DNA from: an uncultured Candidatus Bathyarchaeia archaeon
GTDB lineage: Archaea; Thermoproteota; Bathyarchaeia; 40CM-2-53-6
Direction of reading: 5' to 3'
NCBI GenBank assembly: GCA_964559555.1
Contig: CAZLHM010000005.1
Span: forward strand, 8,188-72,187
DNA: 64,000 nt
In this document: one piece after another, positions 9,552 through 19,277 of the stretch
Position numbering within the stretch: position 1 is the stretch's first letter
Layout: each line of letters starts with the position of its first letter
The notes under the pieces: model-generated
What the model was told of the DNA's origin: nothing
The model's database searches: none
The model's input: only the letters and a program-made list of their open reading frames with translations
Position numbers and translations under genes: made by a program

Positions 9552-10223
9552 ATGGACTCGGATGATACGAAATCGAGCAACCCGAATAGTCGGAGGGCTG
9601 ATCAGACTCAAGGCCGCGAGCTCAAGGAAGAGGAGTTCTCGTCAGCTCTGGGCGAGGAGCTGATCGTCACAGAGGATATGCAGGCATCCGAGGGCGATGA
9701 AGAACCGTCTTCACCACTTTCCGAGAGCGATTTTGAGCCGTTGGCGCTCTACGGTTTCTCAGCGAAATACCCGAAGACCACGCGTCTTGAACTAAATCCG
9801 AAGTCCACGCGCGAGAAAGGCGATGTCGCCTTCCATCTTGAGGGAGCTCTGAAGATCTTCTTATCGTGGGGAAGCCTTGAGGAAGCGAGGAAACGATATG
9901 CGACCGCAGCCGCACAAGCATCTGGTAGCATCGAACGCTCGCTCAAGAGTACTCGCGCTCGTTTAGACGGGACGCCGGAGACCAGGAACATCAAGATACA
10001 AGAGCACGACGCCGTCTACACCCACGCAAAGATGTTTGTTGAACGAGGAGGTTTTCCGTTCGGCACACGCCGCGTGTTTCAGGAGGCGTACGCCTTGTAC
10101 GTGCATTGTGAGAACACGGGAAGGTACTATGTGGTCTATGCGTTCGCGAAACCCGAAGCCACCGAGGAAGTGGCAAAGATCTTCGATCCGATCATGTCCT
10201 CCCTGAAGTGCCATCTACCCTAG
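9552..10223 (+). CDS. Hypothetical protein with an acidic disordered N-terminus and a possible PsbP/Mog1-like alpha/beta domain
   Basis: 223-aa ORF filling the gap, containing YGFSAKYP...HCENTGRYYVVY...SLKCH. The fold is an inference. Confidence 0.6.
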   Translation: MDSDDTKSSNPNSRRADQTQGRELKEEEFSSALGEELIVTEDMQASEGDEEPSSPLSESDFEPLALYGFSAKYPKTTRLELNPKSTREKGDVAFHLEGALKIFLSWGSLEEARKRYATAAAQASGSIERSLKSTRARLDGTPETRNIKIQEHDAVYTHAKMFVERGGFPFGTRRVFQEAYALYVHCENTGRYYVVYAFAKPEATEEVAKIFDPIMSSLKCHLP

Positions 10224-11662
10224 GCTGAGCTCGCTTTCTTCTCAGCTTCTTGCACAATCTTCCAGAGACGCTTCTCTACATCCGCTGGCAAGGCGGGACG
10301 CGGGTGAGAAGCAAGTATCTTCTTCGCGACTTCTCTTGCGCGAACCTCCGCGGTTCTTGCGCCCTTCTCATGCCACTGGGACCAAGTCGTTCTATCTGAG
10401 ACCTGTGGTATCCACAATTCCTCTTTGAAGTGCTTCAACGAGTGCTTGGTTCCGAGGAAGCTTCCCCCCGGGCCTACGCGTTTGATGAGATCCAACGCTA
10501 TCTTCTCGTGGCTGACGCTGATTCCATCGAGAATCCTTTTCGTGATCTCAACGATCTCTTCGTCCAAGATGAACTGCTCGTAGCTCATCGTGTTGATGGA
10601 GTCGCACATGGCCATTCCTGAAACAATATTCAAGCCCGCCATCGCCGGCACGAGGCACGTCAACATCTTTTCATATCCACTCTGTGCGTCCGCTATCTTG
10701 GCGTCGGTGATGACGCCACCGCCTCTCGTCGGAAGACCGTAGTACCTGCCAAGCTGGGCTTGACACACCCTCAGGAGCGCGTACTCTGGCGTACCCATGG
10801 TGACGTTGGCTGTTCTCTGATCAATGTGCCTCGCCCAACATGCATAGATCACAGGCGCGGTGGGAGCCGCAACCTGTGAGACAACTAGGCCGCTGAGAAA
10901 TTCCGCGTTCGCCTGGGCAATTGTTCCCGCGAGGGTAACCGGGGAACTCGCACCCGCCATTGGCCCGGGGCTTATGCTGACCGGTATTCCGTTCCTCGCG
11001 CCTCCGACTATCTCTTGTGTTTGAAGTCGATCATGGGTCAGCGGGCTGATGACCGTGGCATCGAATGTGATGATCGGCTTCTTCCTGAGTGAGTCAGTGT
11101 CGCCTGCGACGACAGTGGCCATTGCCAAGGCATCTTGGATGCTATCGTATCCTCTTGCTTCGCTCAGTATGTGCTTCCTAGTGTTCGTAAAGGCGATCGC
11201 CCACTGGTGTCTGTCGAGAGTTGCCTGCGAGACGTCTCTCGGGGCCGCCGGGGGATTTGCGAGAAGATGGCAGTTCGGTATTGCGTCCGCCAGCCTAACA
11301 GCGTCAGCCAGATCTTGTGAAACAACCTCTCTACGTGCGCCAGTGGACAGATCATACACGTACGTCGCGTAGCCGCCGGTGGTGAAATAGGTCGCCCATG
11401 GCTCAAGCTTCACAGGATGGGTGCCGTCCCTTCCATAGAGAGTGAATTCCTTCGGCGCTTTCGTCAAGGCCTCGCGTACCAAGCTCTCCGGAAACTTCAC
11501 GATTGCCTTTCCTTGTTCTACGTGGGCTCCGGCTTCCCCAAGCATTTTGCACGTTTCAGGCTCGTCAATCTCTACCCCAACGTTGGCGAGTATCTCAAGT
11601 GAGGCTTGGTGAATCTGCCTGATCTCGTCCCTCGAGAGAATCTCGAAAGTTGTTCTCTTCAA
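10220..11662 (-). CDS. mttB: Trimethylamine methyltransferase (MttB) superfamily, non-pyrrolysine (copy 1)
   Basis: IHQASLEILANVG, ISPL, GASSPVTLAG, YGLPTRGGGVITDAK..DAQSGYEK, VGPGGSFLG. No in-frame TAG. Confidence 0.9.
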   Translation of the reverse strand: MKRTTFEILSRDEIRQIHQASLEILANVGVEIDEPETCKMLGEAGAHVEQGKAIVKFPESLVREALTKAPKEFTLYGRDGTHPVKLEPWATYFTTGGYATYVYDLSTGARREVVSQDLADAVRLADAIPNCHLLANPPAAPRDVSQATLDRHQWAIAFTNTRKHILSEARGYDSIQDALAMATVVAGDTDSLRKKPIITFDATVISPLTHDRLQTQEIVGGARNGIPVSISPGPMAGASSPVTLAGTIAQANAEFLSGLVVSQVAAPTAPVIYACWARHIDQRTANVTMGTPEYALLRVCQAQLGRYYGLPTRGGGVITDAKIADAQSGYEKMLTCLVPAMAGLNIVSGMAMCDSINTMSYEQFILDEEIVEITKRILDGISVSHEKIALDLIKRVGPGGSFLGTKHSLKHFKEELWIPQVSDRTTWSQWHEKGARTAEVRAREVAKKILASHPRPALPADVEKRLWKIVQEAEKKASSA

Positions 11663-11737
11663 GCCGGGCGCCTCAGCATAGCTTTCTGATCCACTACAAG
11701 AAGAGTTCGATCATAGCGAGGCGACTTGTTCTTGATT

Positions 11738-11750
11738 GGAAAGCTATATC
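11738..11750 (+). promoter_or_regulatory. Archaeal BRE/TATA element (GGAAAGCTATATC)
   Basis: Purine-rich BRE plus TATA ~50 bp upstream of the 11803 start. An identical 13-mer lies on the minus strand at 52052-52064. Confidence 0.55.
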
Positions 11751-11802
11751 AGAAGCACAGCGGTATCGGTTGCGAATTCGATAAAAAGGAAGCGAGGTCG
11801 AA

Positions 11803-12783
11803 TTGTATAGGCCAAAGGTCTACGTCAATCGATTGATTCCTGAGCAGGCATTGGAGAGACTCGCGGAACACTGTGACTATCGAATCTGGGAGGGCGAACT
11901 CGCAGTCCCACGCGATGTGCTTATTCGAGAGGTCCCAGTAGTAGACGCACTTCTCTCCCTTCTTACGGACAAAATTGATGCTGCTGTGATGGATGCTGCG
12001 CCTAAGCTGCGCGTGATCAGCAACATGGCAGTAGGATACGACAATGTCGACGTTCGTGAGGCGACGAAGCGCAAGATCATGGTGTGCAATACTCCTGGGG
12101 TTCTCACGGAGACAACTGCTGACTTCGCATTCACATTGCTGCTCGCCGCCGCCCGCCGCGTCGTTGAAGGCGAGCGAGTCGTGCGGGCCGGTAGGTGGAA
12201 GACGTGGGGTCCCCTGATTCTACTTGGCCAAGACATACATCACGCTACACTAGGGATAATCGGACTCGGTAGAATAGGAGCAGAGGTCGCGAAGCGAGCC
12301 AAAGGCTTCGATATGAAGGTCACCTACTATGATACTGTGAGGCGACCAGACATCGAGCAGAAGCTAGGCGTGGAGTTCAAGGATCTGAAGACGCTACTGG
12401 CCGAGTCGGATTTCGTGTCAGTTCACTGCCCGCTTCTTCCTGAGACGCATCACCTATTCGGAGCGGAGCAATTCAAGTTGATGAAGAAAACCGCGATACT
12501 GGTCAATAGTGCCCGCGGACCTATTGTCGATCCTAAGGCTCTCTATGAGGCGCTGCGAAATCGCCGGATTGCCTATGCGGCGTTAGATGTAACTGAACCT
12601 GAGCCGATACCAATGGATGACCCCTTGTTGACACTTGACAACATTGTCATTGCACCTCACATCGCAAGTGCATCAGTTGCGACTCGCACAAAGATGGCCA
12701 TGATGGCCGTGGACAACTTGCTGGCCGGCTTGAAGGGAGAGAGGCCGCCTTACATCGTCAACCCCGACGTACTCGTAGAGTAG
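11803..12783 (+). CDS. gyaR: Glyoxylate/hydroxypyruvate reductase (D-2-hydroxyacid dehydrogenase family)
   Basis: AVGYDNVD, NTPGVLTETTAD, GIIGLGRIG, NSARG, LDVTEPEP, PHIAS. Confidence 0.88.
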   Translation: MYRPKVYVNRLIPEQALERLAEHCDYRIWEGELAVPRDVLIREVPVVDALLSLLTDKIDAAVMDAAPKLRVISNMAVGYDNVDVREATKRKIMVCNTPGVLTETTADFAFTLLLAAARRVVEGERVVRAGRWKTWGPLILLGQDIHHATLGIIGLGRIGAEVAKRAKGFDMKVTYYDTVRRPDIEQKLGVEFKDLKTLLAESDFVSVHCPLLPETHHLFGAEQFKLMKKTAILVNSARGPIVDPKALYEALRNRRIAYAALDVTEPEPIPMDDPLLTLDNIVIAPHIASASVATRTKMAMMAVDNLLAGLKGERPPYIVNPDVLVE

Positions 12784-12897
12784 CTTCTGCGAGTCGCAAT
12801 GAGTGCCGGTAGCGTAAGCTCACTCGTATAGCTGCTTCCCCGGATCATGGGAATAATCGATTATCCGAACGGCGCCTTCGCCTGCACAACGACAGCC

Positions 12898-13797
12898 CTA
12901 TGACAGATTCGGCTTCCTAACCTGAGTCTTGGCGAGATCTTCGATTACGGTTATGATCCCGGAGTGGTCGTATTCTCCCCGTCCCGCGACTTTCATGGCA
13001 CCCATCATTTCGTGGATCAAACTCGTCACAGGTAGTGGTACTCCGTACTCGGATCCTGCATCCAGAGCAATTCCGAGATCCTTGTAGTGTAGTCTCGTTC
13101 TGAAGCCAGGGTTGAAATCTCGTTTCAATATGAGCGGCCCCTTTGCGTCAAGCACACGCATTGCCCATCCACCTGCAATCACCTTGAGAACAATCTCTGG
13201 GTCTACCCCTGCCTTTGCCCCGAGGACGAGAGCCTCGCCGGCCGACTCTAGGACACCAGCGACGAGGATCTGGTTGCACGCCTTCACGACCTGCCCAGAC
13301 CCTGTTTCGCCACAATACACTATGTTCTTGCCCATCGCCTGGAAGATTGGAAGACAATCTTCGAAGACCTGCTTCTCTCCGCCAGCCATGATCGTGAGTG
13401 TCCCTTCAATCGCCCCTTTCTCGCCTCCACTAACAGGAGCGTCGAGTGTTCGAACGTTCTTAGCCTTGGCAGCTTCCGCGAGTTTCTTTGTTGTGACGGG
13501 AGAGATTGTACTCATGTCAATGTACGTCGATCCGGGTTTGATCCCCTCGAAGATCCCGTCCGGGCCAAAAGCGGCTTTCTCAACATCTGGCGAGTCCGGT
13601 AGCATCGTGATGACCAAGTCGCTCGTGCCAGCAAGCTCCTTTGACGAGTGAGCGCGGTTGGCACCAGCGGCTTCGAGTTCTCGAACTGGCGCCTCATTCA
13701 GGTCGTAGACTACGAGTTCGTGTCCGGCCTTAACCAAGTTCTTTGACATCGGTTTGCCCATAATTCCGAGCCCAATGAAACCGACCCTTCGACCCAT
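12898..13797 (-). CDS. garR: 2-hydroxy-3-oxopropionate (tartronate semialdehyde) reductase-like, beta-hydroxyacid dehydrogenase family
   Basis: GFIGLGIMG, DAPVSGG, KACNQ, PGFR..LHYKDL. Confidence 0.85.
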   Translation of the reverse strand: MGRRVGFIGLGIMGKPMSKNLVKAGHELVVYDLNEAPVRELEAAGANRAHSSKELAGTSDLVITMLPDSPDVEKAAFGPDGIFEGIKPGSTYIDMSTISPVTTKKLAEAAKAKNVRTLDAPVSGGEKGAIEGTLTIMAGGEKQVFEDCLPIFQAMGKNIVYCGETGSGQVVKACNQILVAGVLESAGEALVLGAKAGVDPEIVLKVIAGGWAMRVLDAKGPLILKRDFNPGFRTRLHYKDLGIALDAGSEYGVPLPVTSLIHEMMGAMKVAGRGEYDHSGIITVIEDLAKTQVRKPNLS

Positions 13798-13887
13798 CTC
13801 GGTGACTCCCTGTTGGCATTGAAGCTGATTGCAAGTTCTTTAAGGCTAGTGGGCACATCTTGACCGTGCCGGTCTGAGGATTCCGAA

Positions 13888-14370
13888 ATGAGAATAGATC
13901 ACGTGTCACTCACGGTTCGAGATGTTGACAAATCCGTCGAGTTCTACAAGAAGGCCCTCGGGTTGAAGCTGCTGAGAGTATCCGTGCTCAGTCCTGCCCC
14001 GGGAACTGAGTACAAGAATGCCTACATGTACGGAGATCACTTCATGTTGGAGCTTGTGACCGCTGAAGGCTCGGCGCCGGAGCGGGAGATCCCGGCGACT
14101 TGGCAGAAGACGATGCGGGGATCGATCGGGATCGCACACCTAGGTTTGCGAGTCAGGGATCTCGATGGTGCGATGGCCAAGCTGAAGGCTGCTGGAGCAA
14201 CCTTGATCGGCGAACCATTCGAGGTCACAAAGAGGACGGCGAAAATCGAGTATGTCGCCGACAAGGCTGACCCAAAGATCAGCTACGCAAAGAAACCAGG
14301 CAAGAGAGCTTGGAGGATCGCGATCTTCTCAGATCCAGACGGAGTGATCCTAGAACTCGTTCAACGCTAA
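13888..14370 (+). CDS. VOC / glyoxalase family protein
   Basis: Metal ligands in IDHVSL, LELV, HLGL and DPDGVILELVQ. Confidence 0.85.
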   Translation: MRIDHVSLTVRDVDKSVEFYKKALGLKLLRVSVLSPAPGTEYKNAYMYGDHFMLELVTAEGSAPEREIPATWQKTMRGSIGIAHLGLRVRDLDGAMAKLKAAGATLIGEPFEVTKRTAKIEYVADKADPKISYAKKPGKRAWRIAIFSDPDGVILELVQR

Positions 14371-14392
14371 GAGATGTGAAAGAACGCGTATG

Positions 14393-14995
14393 CTAGAGTC
14401 TTGAACGACTGGTCTTAAGTGAGTCCGAAAGAAATGCTATCTGAGCTGCGTCCTCCGTCCAATCCATGTTTCTGAAAACCTCATAGAGGTCGCGTCCTAC
14501 CGCCACAACACCGTGACGGCTCAGAAGGACCGACAGAACTGATGGGTCTGAGAAACCTTGCGTAACGATCTCTGCAAGTTCGGGTGAACCAGCCGGTGCG
14601 TAACTCAAGAGTGGTACCCTCTTCAAGATGAATCGTGCTGGTCCCGTGACCATCGGAAGTTCCACGTCTGCAACTGCATACGATGTCGCGTAAGGTGGAT
14701 GCGCATGAAGGACCGCGCCAAGTTCAGGCCGAGCCTTATAGATGCCCAAGTGAAATCTGAATTCCATCGATGGTTTTCGGTTTCCCTCGACAGCGTTTCC
14801 GTCAAGATCTATCACGACGACGCTAGACTCGGAATCCATGGCACTGAAAACCATGCTCGTTCCAGTTGACTTGATGCAAACGTGACTTGTGCCCGGAACT
14901 CTCACACTCAAATTGGCACTGCTCCCGGGCGACCAGCCCCTCGCTGAAATCAACTGCATGATGCGACAAATCTCAGTTCTCAGTTCCTCATACAA
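14393..14995 (-). CDS. Class II aldolase/adducin family (FucA/AraD/OtnC-like)
   Basis: ANLSVR, PSMEFRFH, HAH and HGVV zinc motifs. Confidence 0.85.
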   Translation of the reverse strand: MYEELRTEICRIMQLISARGWSPGSSANLSVRVPGTSHVCIKSTGTSMVFSAMDSESSVVVIDLDGNAVEGNRKPSMEFRFHLGIYKARPELGAVLHAHPPYATSYAVADVELPMVTGPARFILKRVPLLSYAPAGSPELAEIVTQGFSDPSVLSVLLSRHGVVAVGRDLYEVFRNMDWTEDAAQIAFLSDSLKTSRSRL

Positions 14996-15086
14996 GCTGA
15001 CTCACGCTGTCCCCATTCGTCAATAGGAGCTATATTCACTCCCCCAAAGCTTAGACAAGCGGTCGAGGGACCTATAGGCGAGAGGA

Positions 15087-15917
15087 ATGAAGGTAAGCTG
15101 TCTGCCAGTCTCATTCTTTCGAGACATCATTGAGGGGAGAATGAGCCTACGCCAGTGGGCCATGGAAGGTGTCCGAGCAGGCCTAGACGGGATTGACCTA
15201 AGCATCCTATTCCTGAAGAGCCTTGAACCATATTATCTCGCAAGAGTACGGAAAGAGATCGAGGAATCAGGCATTCGTGTAGCGATGCTAACGACGTATC
15301 CAGATTTCACGCACCCAGACGCCGTCGAACGCGAGCGGCAACTGCAGCTACTTGAGGATAACATTCTTGCAGCTTCGAGGATTGGCGCCGACCTAGTTCG
15401 CGTCACAGCAGGACAGGCACATCCCGGCGTGGGTAAGCGTGAAGGAATCGAATGGGCAGTTCGCGGACTCACGAGAGCTGCGGAATTCGCAGTGGCGTAT
15501 CCGCTCAGACTCGTCTTCGAGAACCACGCCAAGCCTGGGGCATGGCAGTATACGGATTTCTCTCATCCTACGGAGATCTTCCTCTCGATCGTTGAAAGGA
15601 CAGCAAACACGACCCTCGGCGTCAACTGGGACACCGCCAACACACTCGCTTACGGAGAAGACCCGATTCCTGTGCTCAAGAGAGTGATCAATCGAGTCGT
15701 CAGCGTTCATGCTGCAGACACATCAACACGCGGCGCGTTGAAACCAGTCCTGCTAGGAACGGGCATTGTTCCGTTCAAGGAGATGTTCATGATCCTTAGA
15801 GACTCGGGATTCGACGGCTGGATATGCATGGAAGAAGCTAGCTTCACTGGGCTTGAAGCAGTCAAGACCGCCGCAGATTTTGTGAGACACACGTGGACCA
15901 AATCGCAGAGTCCTTGA
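15087..15917 (+). CDS. Sugar phosphate isomerase/epimerase (xylose-isomerase-like TIM barrel)
   Basis: FENH, WDTAN, VHAAD, LGTG, GFDGWICME. Confidence 0.85.
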   Translation: MKVSCLPVSFFRDIIEGRMSLRQWAMEGVRAGLDGIDLSILFLKSLEPYYLARVRKEIEESGIRVAMLTTYPDFTHPDAVERERQLQLLEDNILAASRIGADLVRVTAGQAHPGVGKREGIEWAVRGLTRAAEFAVAYPLRLVFENHAKPGAWQYTDFSHPTEIFLSIVERTANTTLGVNWDTANTLAYGEDPIPVLKRVINRVVSVHAADTSTRGALKPVLLGTGIVPFKEMFMILRDSGFDGWICMEEASFTGLEAVKTAADFVRHTWTKSQSP

Positions 15918-15962
15918 TTCGGAAAACCCGGATCACTTGCATCTTTTCCTTCAGACTCTCCC

Positions 15963-15976
15963 ACAAACCCTTATAG
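15963..15976 (+). promoter_or_regulatory. BRE/TATA promoter of the E1a-E1b-E2 operon
   Basis: ACAAACCCTTATAG ~50 bp upstream of TTG 16025, with an AGGAG SD between them. Confidence 0.5.
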
Positions 15977-16024
15977 TGCGCCAGATTCGTACCAGCCCGA
16001 AATCTCAGAATAGGAGCGAATCAC

Positions 16025-16996
16025 TTGGAACTCGACAAGCAGAAACTGCTTCTCATGTATCGAAACATGCTCAGAATCCGGCATTTCGAAGAAAGACTCG
16101 CGGAAGAAAGCGCTCAAGGAAACATCCCTGGTCTGCTGCACCTGTATGTTGGCGAGGAGGCAGTTGCTGTTGGCGCATGCTCAGCACTGAGGAAGGACGA
16201 CTACATCACCAGCACTCATCGAGGGCATGGCCACTGCATCGCAAAAGGCGGCGATCTTCGCAAGATGATGGCTGAACTGTTTGCTAAGGAGACTGGCTAC
16301 TGCAAGGGGAGAGGAGGTTCCATGCACATCGCCGCACCGGACATCGGCATCGTTGGGTGCAGCGCGATCGCAGGCGCAGGAATTCCAATCGCAGCCGGGG
16401 TCGGTCTATCGATCAAACTGAGAAGAACCGACCAGGTTTGTGTATCCTTCTTCGGTGACGGAGCGTCCAACACGGGCGCGTTCCACGAGGGAATGAACAT
16501 GGCCGCGCTCTGGCAGCTGCCCGTCGTCTACGTCCTGGAGAACAATCGCTACGCGATATCAACCCCGGTCGCGAAAGCAACCAAGTTGACCAATATCGCT
16601 GATAGAGCTGCAGCTTATGATATGGCAAGCGCTGTCGCGGACGGCATGGATGTTCTGTCAGTGTACGAAGCAGTCTCGAAAGCTGTAGAGAGGGCACGAG
16701 GAGGAGAAGGTCCAACGCTCGTGGAATGCAAAACGTACCGCTTTAGAGGACACCACGAAGGCGACCCGAAGAAAGGAGAGACGTACCGCACGAAACAGGA
16801 GATGGAAGAATGGGAGAAGAAAGACGCCACGCGAAGACTAGCGGACAAGCTGATCAAGGAGCGAAAGGCCACCGAGGCTGAGTTGAACGCGATCAACCAA
16901 GAGACACTTGAGGAGATCGAAGACGCGGTGGCGTTCGCAAAGCAGAGTCCGTCTCCGAGACCCGAGGACGTGACATCGTACCTGTTTGTCTCGTAG
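16025..16996 (+). CDS. pdhA: 2-oxoacid/acetoin dehydrogenase E1 alpha (second copy)
   Basis: HLYVGEEAVAVG, STHRGHGH, KGRGGSMH, FGDGASN...ENN, YRFRGH. Confidence 0.92.
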   Translation: MELDKQKLLLMYRNMLRIRHFEERLAEESAQGNIPGLLHLYVGEEAVAVGACSALRKDDYITSTHRGHGHCIAKGGDLRKMMAELFAKETGYCKGRGGSMHIAAPDIGIVGCSAIAGAGIPIAAGVGLSIKLRRTDQVCVSFFGDGASNTGAFHEGMNMAALWQLPVVYVLENNRYAISTPVAKATKLTNIADRAAAYDMASAVADGMDVLSVYEAVSKAVERARGGEGPTLVECKTYRFRGHHEGDPKKGETYRTKQEMEEWEKKDATRRLADKLIKERKATEAELNAINQETLEEIEDAVAFAKQSPSPRPEDVTSYLFVS

Positions 16997-17009
16997 AGGG
17001 TCATGACGA

Positions 17010-18044
17010 ATGAGCGAAGCGCGAGAACTCGATTTTGCCGAAGCGATCCGTGAAGCAATCCGACTAGAGATGCTGAGAGACAAGACTGTCTTCCTTCTAG
17101 GAGAAGATGTTGGGAAGTTCGGCGGAATCTTCGGCTGCACGAAAGGCCTTCAAGAAGAGTTCGGCGAAGAGAGAGTGCGTGATACTCCCATCTCGGAAAC
17201 AGCGATCATCGGCGCGGCGGTCGGCGCAGCTGTAACCGGCATGCACCCAATTGCCGAACTGGAGTTCATGGATTTCATAGGATGCGGCATGGATCAGGTA
17301 TTCAACCAGATGGCAAAGATCCGCTACATGTTCGGCGGCTCGATGAAGGTTCCGGTCGTCCTACGAACACCATGCGGCTCAAGGTACCCGATAGCATGTG
17401 GAGCCGCGCACCATTCTCAAAGCTTGGAGGCTTGGTTCATGCATGTTCCTGGCCTCAAGGTCGCAACGCCTTCTACGCCGTACGATGCGAAAGGCCTCCT
17501 GATCGCCGCGATTCGGGGCGAAGATCCCGTTCTCTTTGTCGAACACAAGCTCCTGTACTACGCGAAGAGAATGCCAAGACTACGCGAACCGTACCCCGGA
17601 CTCATCGCAAAAGTCCCTGAGGAACCTTACACGATCCCATTCGGCAAGGCAGACATCAAACGACCAGGCAAGGATCTCACACTCGTTGCTACAATGATGA
17701 TGATACACAAGGCACTCAGAGTGGCAGAAGACCTATCCAAGAAAGGAATCGACATAGAAGTCGTTGACCCAAGAACCTTGGTGCCACTCGACAAGCAGGC
17801 AATCGTTGACTCCGTAAGGAAGACTGGAAAGGTCATCGTAGCTTCAGAGGACAGCAAGACCGGCGGAGTAGCAGCCGAGATTGCGACCATGATAATGGAA
17901 GAGGCCTTCGACTACCTCGATGCACCGGTCCGACGTGTCTCCGCACTTGATGTGCCAATACCATACGCTCCAGTCTTGGAGAGCACGGTCGTTCCACAGG
18001 AGAAGCACATCACAGAGGCCGTCCTTGAGCTAGTCGAGAAGTAG
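17010..18044 (+). CDS. pdhB: 2-oxoacid/acetoin dehydrogenase E1 beta (second copy)
   Basis: GEDVG, RVRDTPISE, AAHHSQ, PSTPYDAKGLL, VVDPRTLVPLD. Confidence 0.92.
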   Translation: MSEARELDFAEAIREAIRLEMLRDKTVFLLGEDVGKFGGIFGCTKGLQEEFGEERVRDTPISETAIIGAAVGAAVTGMHPIAELEFMDFIGCGMDQVFNQMAKIRYMFGGSMKVPVVLRTPCGSRYPIACGAAHHSQSLEAWFMHVPGLKVATPSTPYDAKGLLIAAIRGEDPVLFVEHKLLYYAKRMPRLREPYPGLIAKVPEEPYTIPFGKADIKRPGKDLTLVATMMMIHKALRVAEDLSKKGIDIEVVDPRTLVPLDKQAIVDSVRKTGKVIVASEDSKTGGVAAEIATMIMEEAFDYLDAPVRRVSALDVPIPYAPVLESTVVPQEKHITEAVLELVEK

Positions 18045-18072
18045 TGACGAGATCTCGAAGGAGGTTGGGTCG

Positions 18073-19260
18073 GTGCCCACGCTGGTTCGCCTGAAGAAAA
18101 TGACTTGGACGATGGAAGAAGGAAAGCTCACAAAATGGGTGAAGCATGAAGGGGACGCTGTCTCTGAGGGAGAAGCAATTTGTGAGGTTGAGACAGAGAA
18201 GACTACAGACGAGATTCAGGCGCCCGCCGCCGGGACACTCCTCAAGATCGTCCACAGTGAAGGAGAAGCGGTACCTGTAAATGCCGTTATCGCGGTGATC
18301 GGCTCTCCTGGGGAAGATGTCACCTCTATCCCCGAAGTCGCCGGAGTTGGCCCGCCAACTGTCCCAGAGGCAGCCCCAGCTCAGCGAGTGGAGCTCGCTC
18401 CTCCGTCCGCCATAGAACCTAAGCCATCACTTGAGAGAATTCTGATATCACCTTCAGCAAGAAGAGTGGCCAGAGAGCGGGGCATCGATGTCACCAAGAT
18501 CATGGGAACCGGGCCCGGAGGCCGCATAGTCGCGGAGGACATACCAAAAGCCGTGGAGAAGCCTGCTGCTATTCCCCTGAAAGAAGACTACGCATCCGCT
18601 CCTTTGTCCGGGCATAGGAAGGTGATCGCGGACAGGCTCTCCTTGAGTGCCCGCACCGCCGTTCACGTCCCTATCACAATGGAAGTCGACATGACATCCG
18701 CCTCGAAACTGAAGAACGACCAGAAAGGCACTGGAGTAGATCTCTCATACAGCGACATGATCGTCAAGGCGGTCGCGAAATCACTGGAAGAATTCCCACG
18801 CGTCAACACGATGCTGCTCGGCGATGAACTAAGGACTATGAAAGAAGTCAATGTCGGCCTCGCTGTGGGGACTGAAGACAATCTGCTGGTGCCCGTTGTC
18901 AGAAATGCCAATCGTCTATCGCTTGCAGAGATCTCAAGAACCGCCAATACTCTCATTGAGCGAGCAAGAAATCGAACACTCGCCACCAGAGAGATGTCCG
19001 GAGGGACGTTTACAGTGAGCAATCTGGGGATGTATGATGTAGACCTATTCGCTCCGGTCATCAATCCTCCTGAGACCGCGATACTGGGCGTCGGCCGCAT
19101 AGCTCAGAAGAGTGTCGTGGTGAACGGCGCGACAGCGATCAGACCCGTTATGACGCTGACCTTGGTCTTCGATCACAGAGTGATTGATGGCGTCCTAGCT
19201 GCACGGTTCCTGCAAAGGGTGAAACAGCTGCTGGAAGACCCAAGCAAGCTCGTTGCGTGA
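18073..19260 (+). CDS. pdhC: Dihydrolipoamide acyltransferase E2
   Basis: Lipoyl domain EVETEKT, subunit-binding domain ISPSARR...GTGPGGRI, and catalytic DHRVIDG. Confidence 0.92.
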   Translation: MPTLVRLKKMTWTMEEGKLTKWVKHEGDAVSEGEAICEVETEKTTDEIQAPAAGTLLKIVHSEGEAVPVNAVIAVIGSPGEDVTSIPEVAGVGPPTVPEAAPAQRVELAPPSAIEPKPSLERILISPSARRVARERGIDVTKIMGTGPGGRIVAEDIPKAVEKPAAIPLKEDYASAPLSGHRKVIADRLSLSARTAVHVPITMEVDMTSASKLKNDQKGTGVDLSYSDMIVKAVAKSLEEFPRVNTMLLGDELRTMKEVNVGLAVGTEDNLLVPVVRNANRLSLAEISRTANTLIERARNRTLATREMSGGTFTVSNLGMYDVDLFAPVINPPETAILGVGRIAQKSVVVNGATAIRPVMTLTLVFDHRVIDGVLAARFLQRVKQLLEDPSKLVA

Positions 19261-19277
19261 ACCGCTGGAAAGCATCA

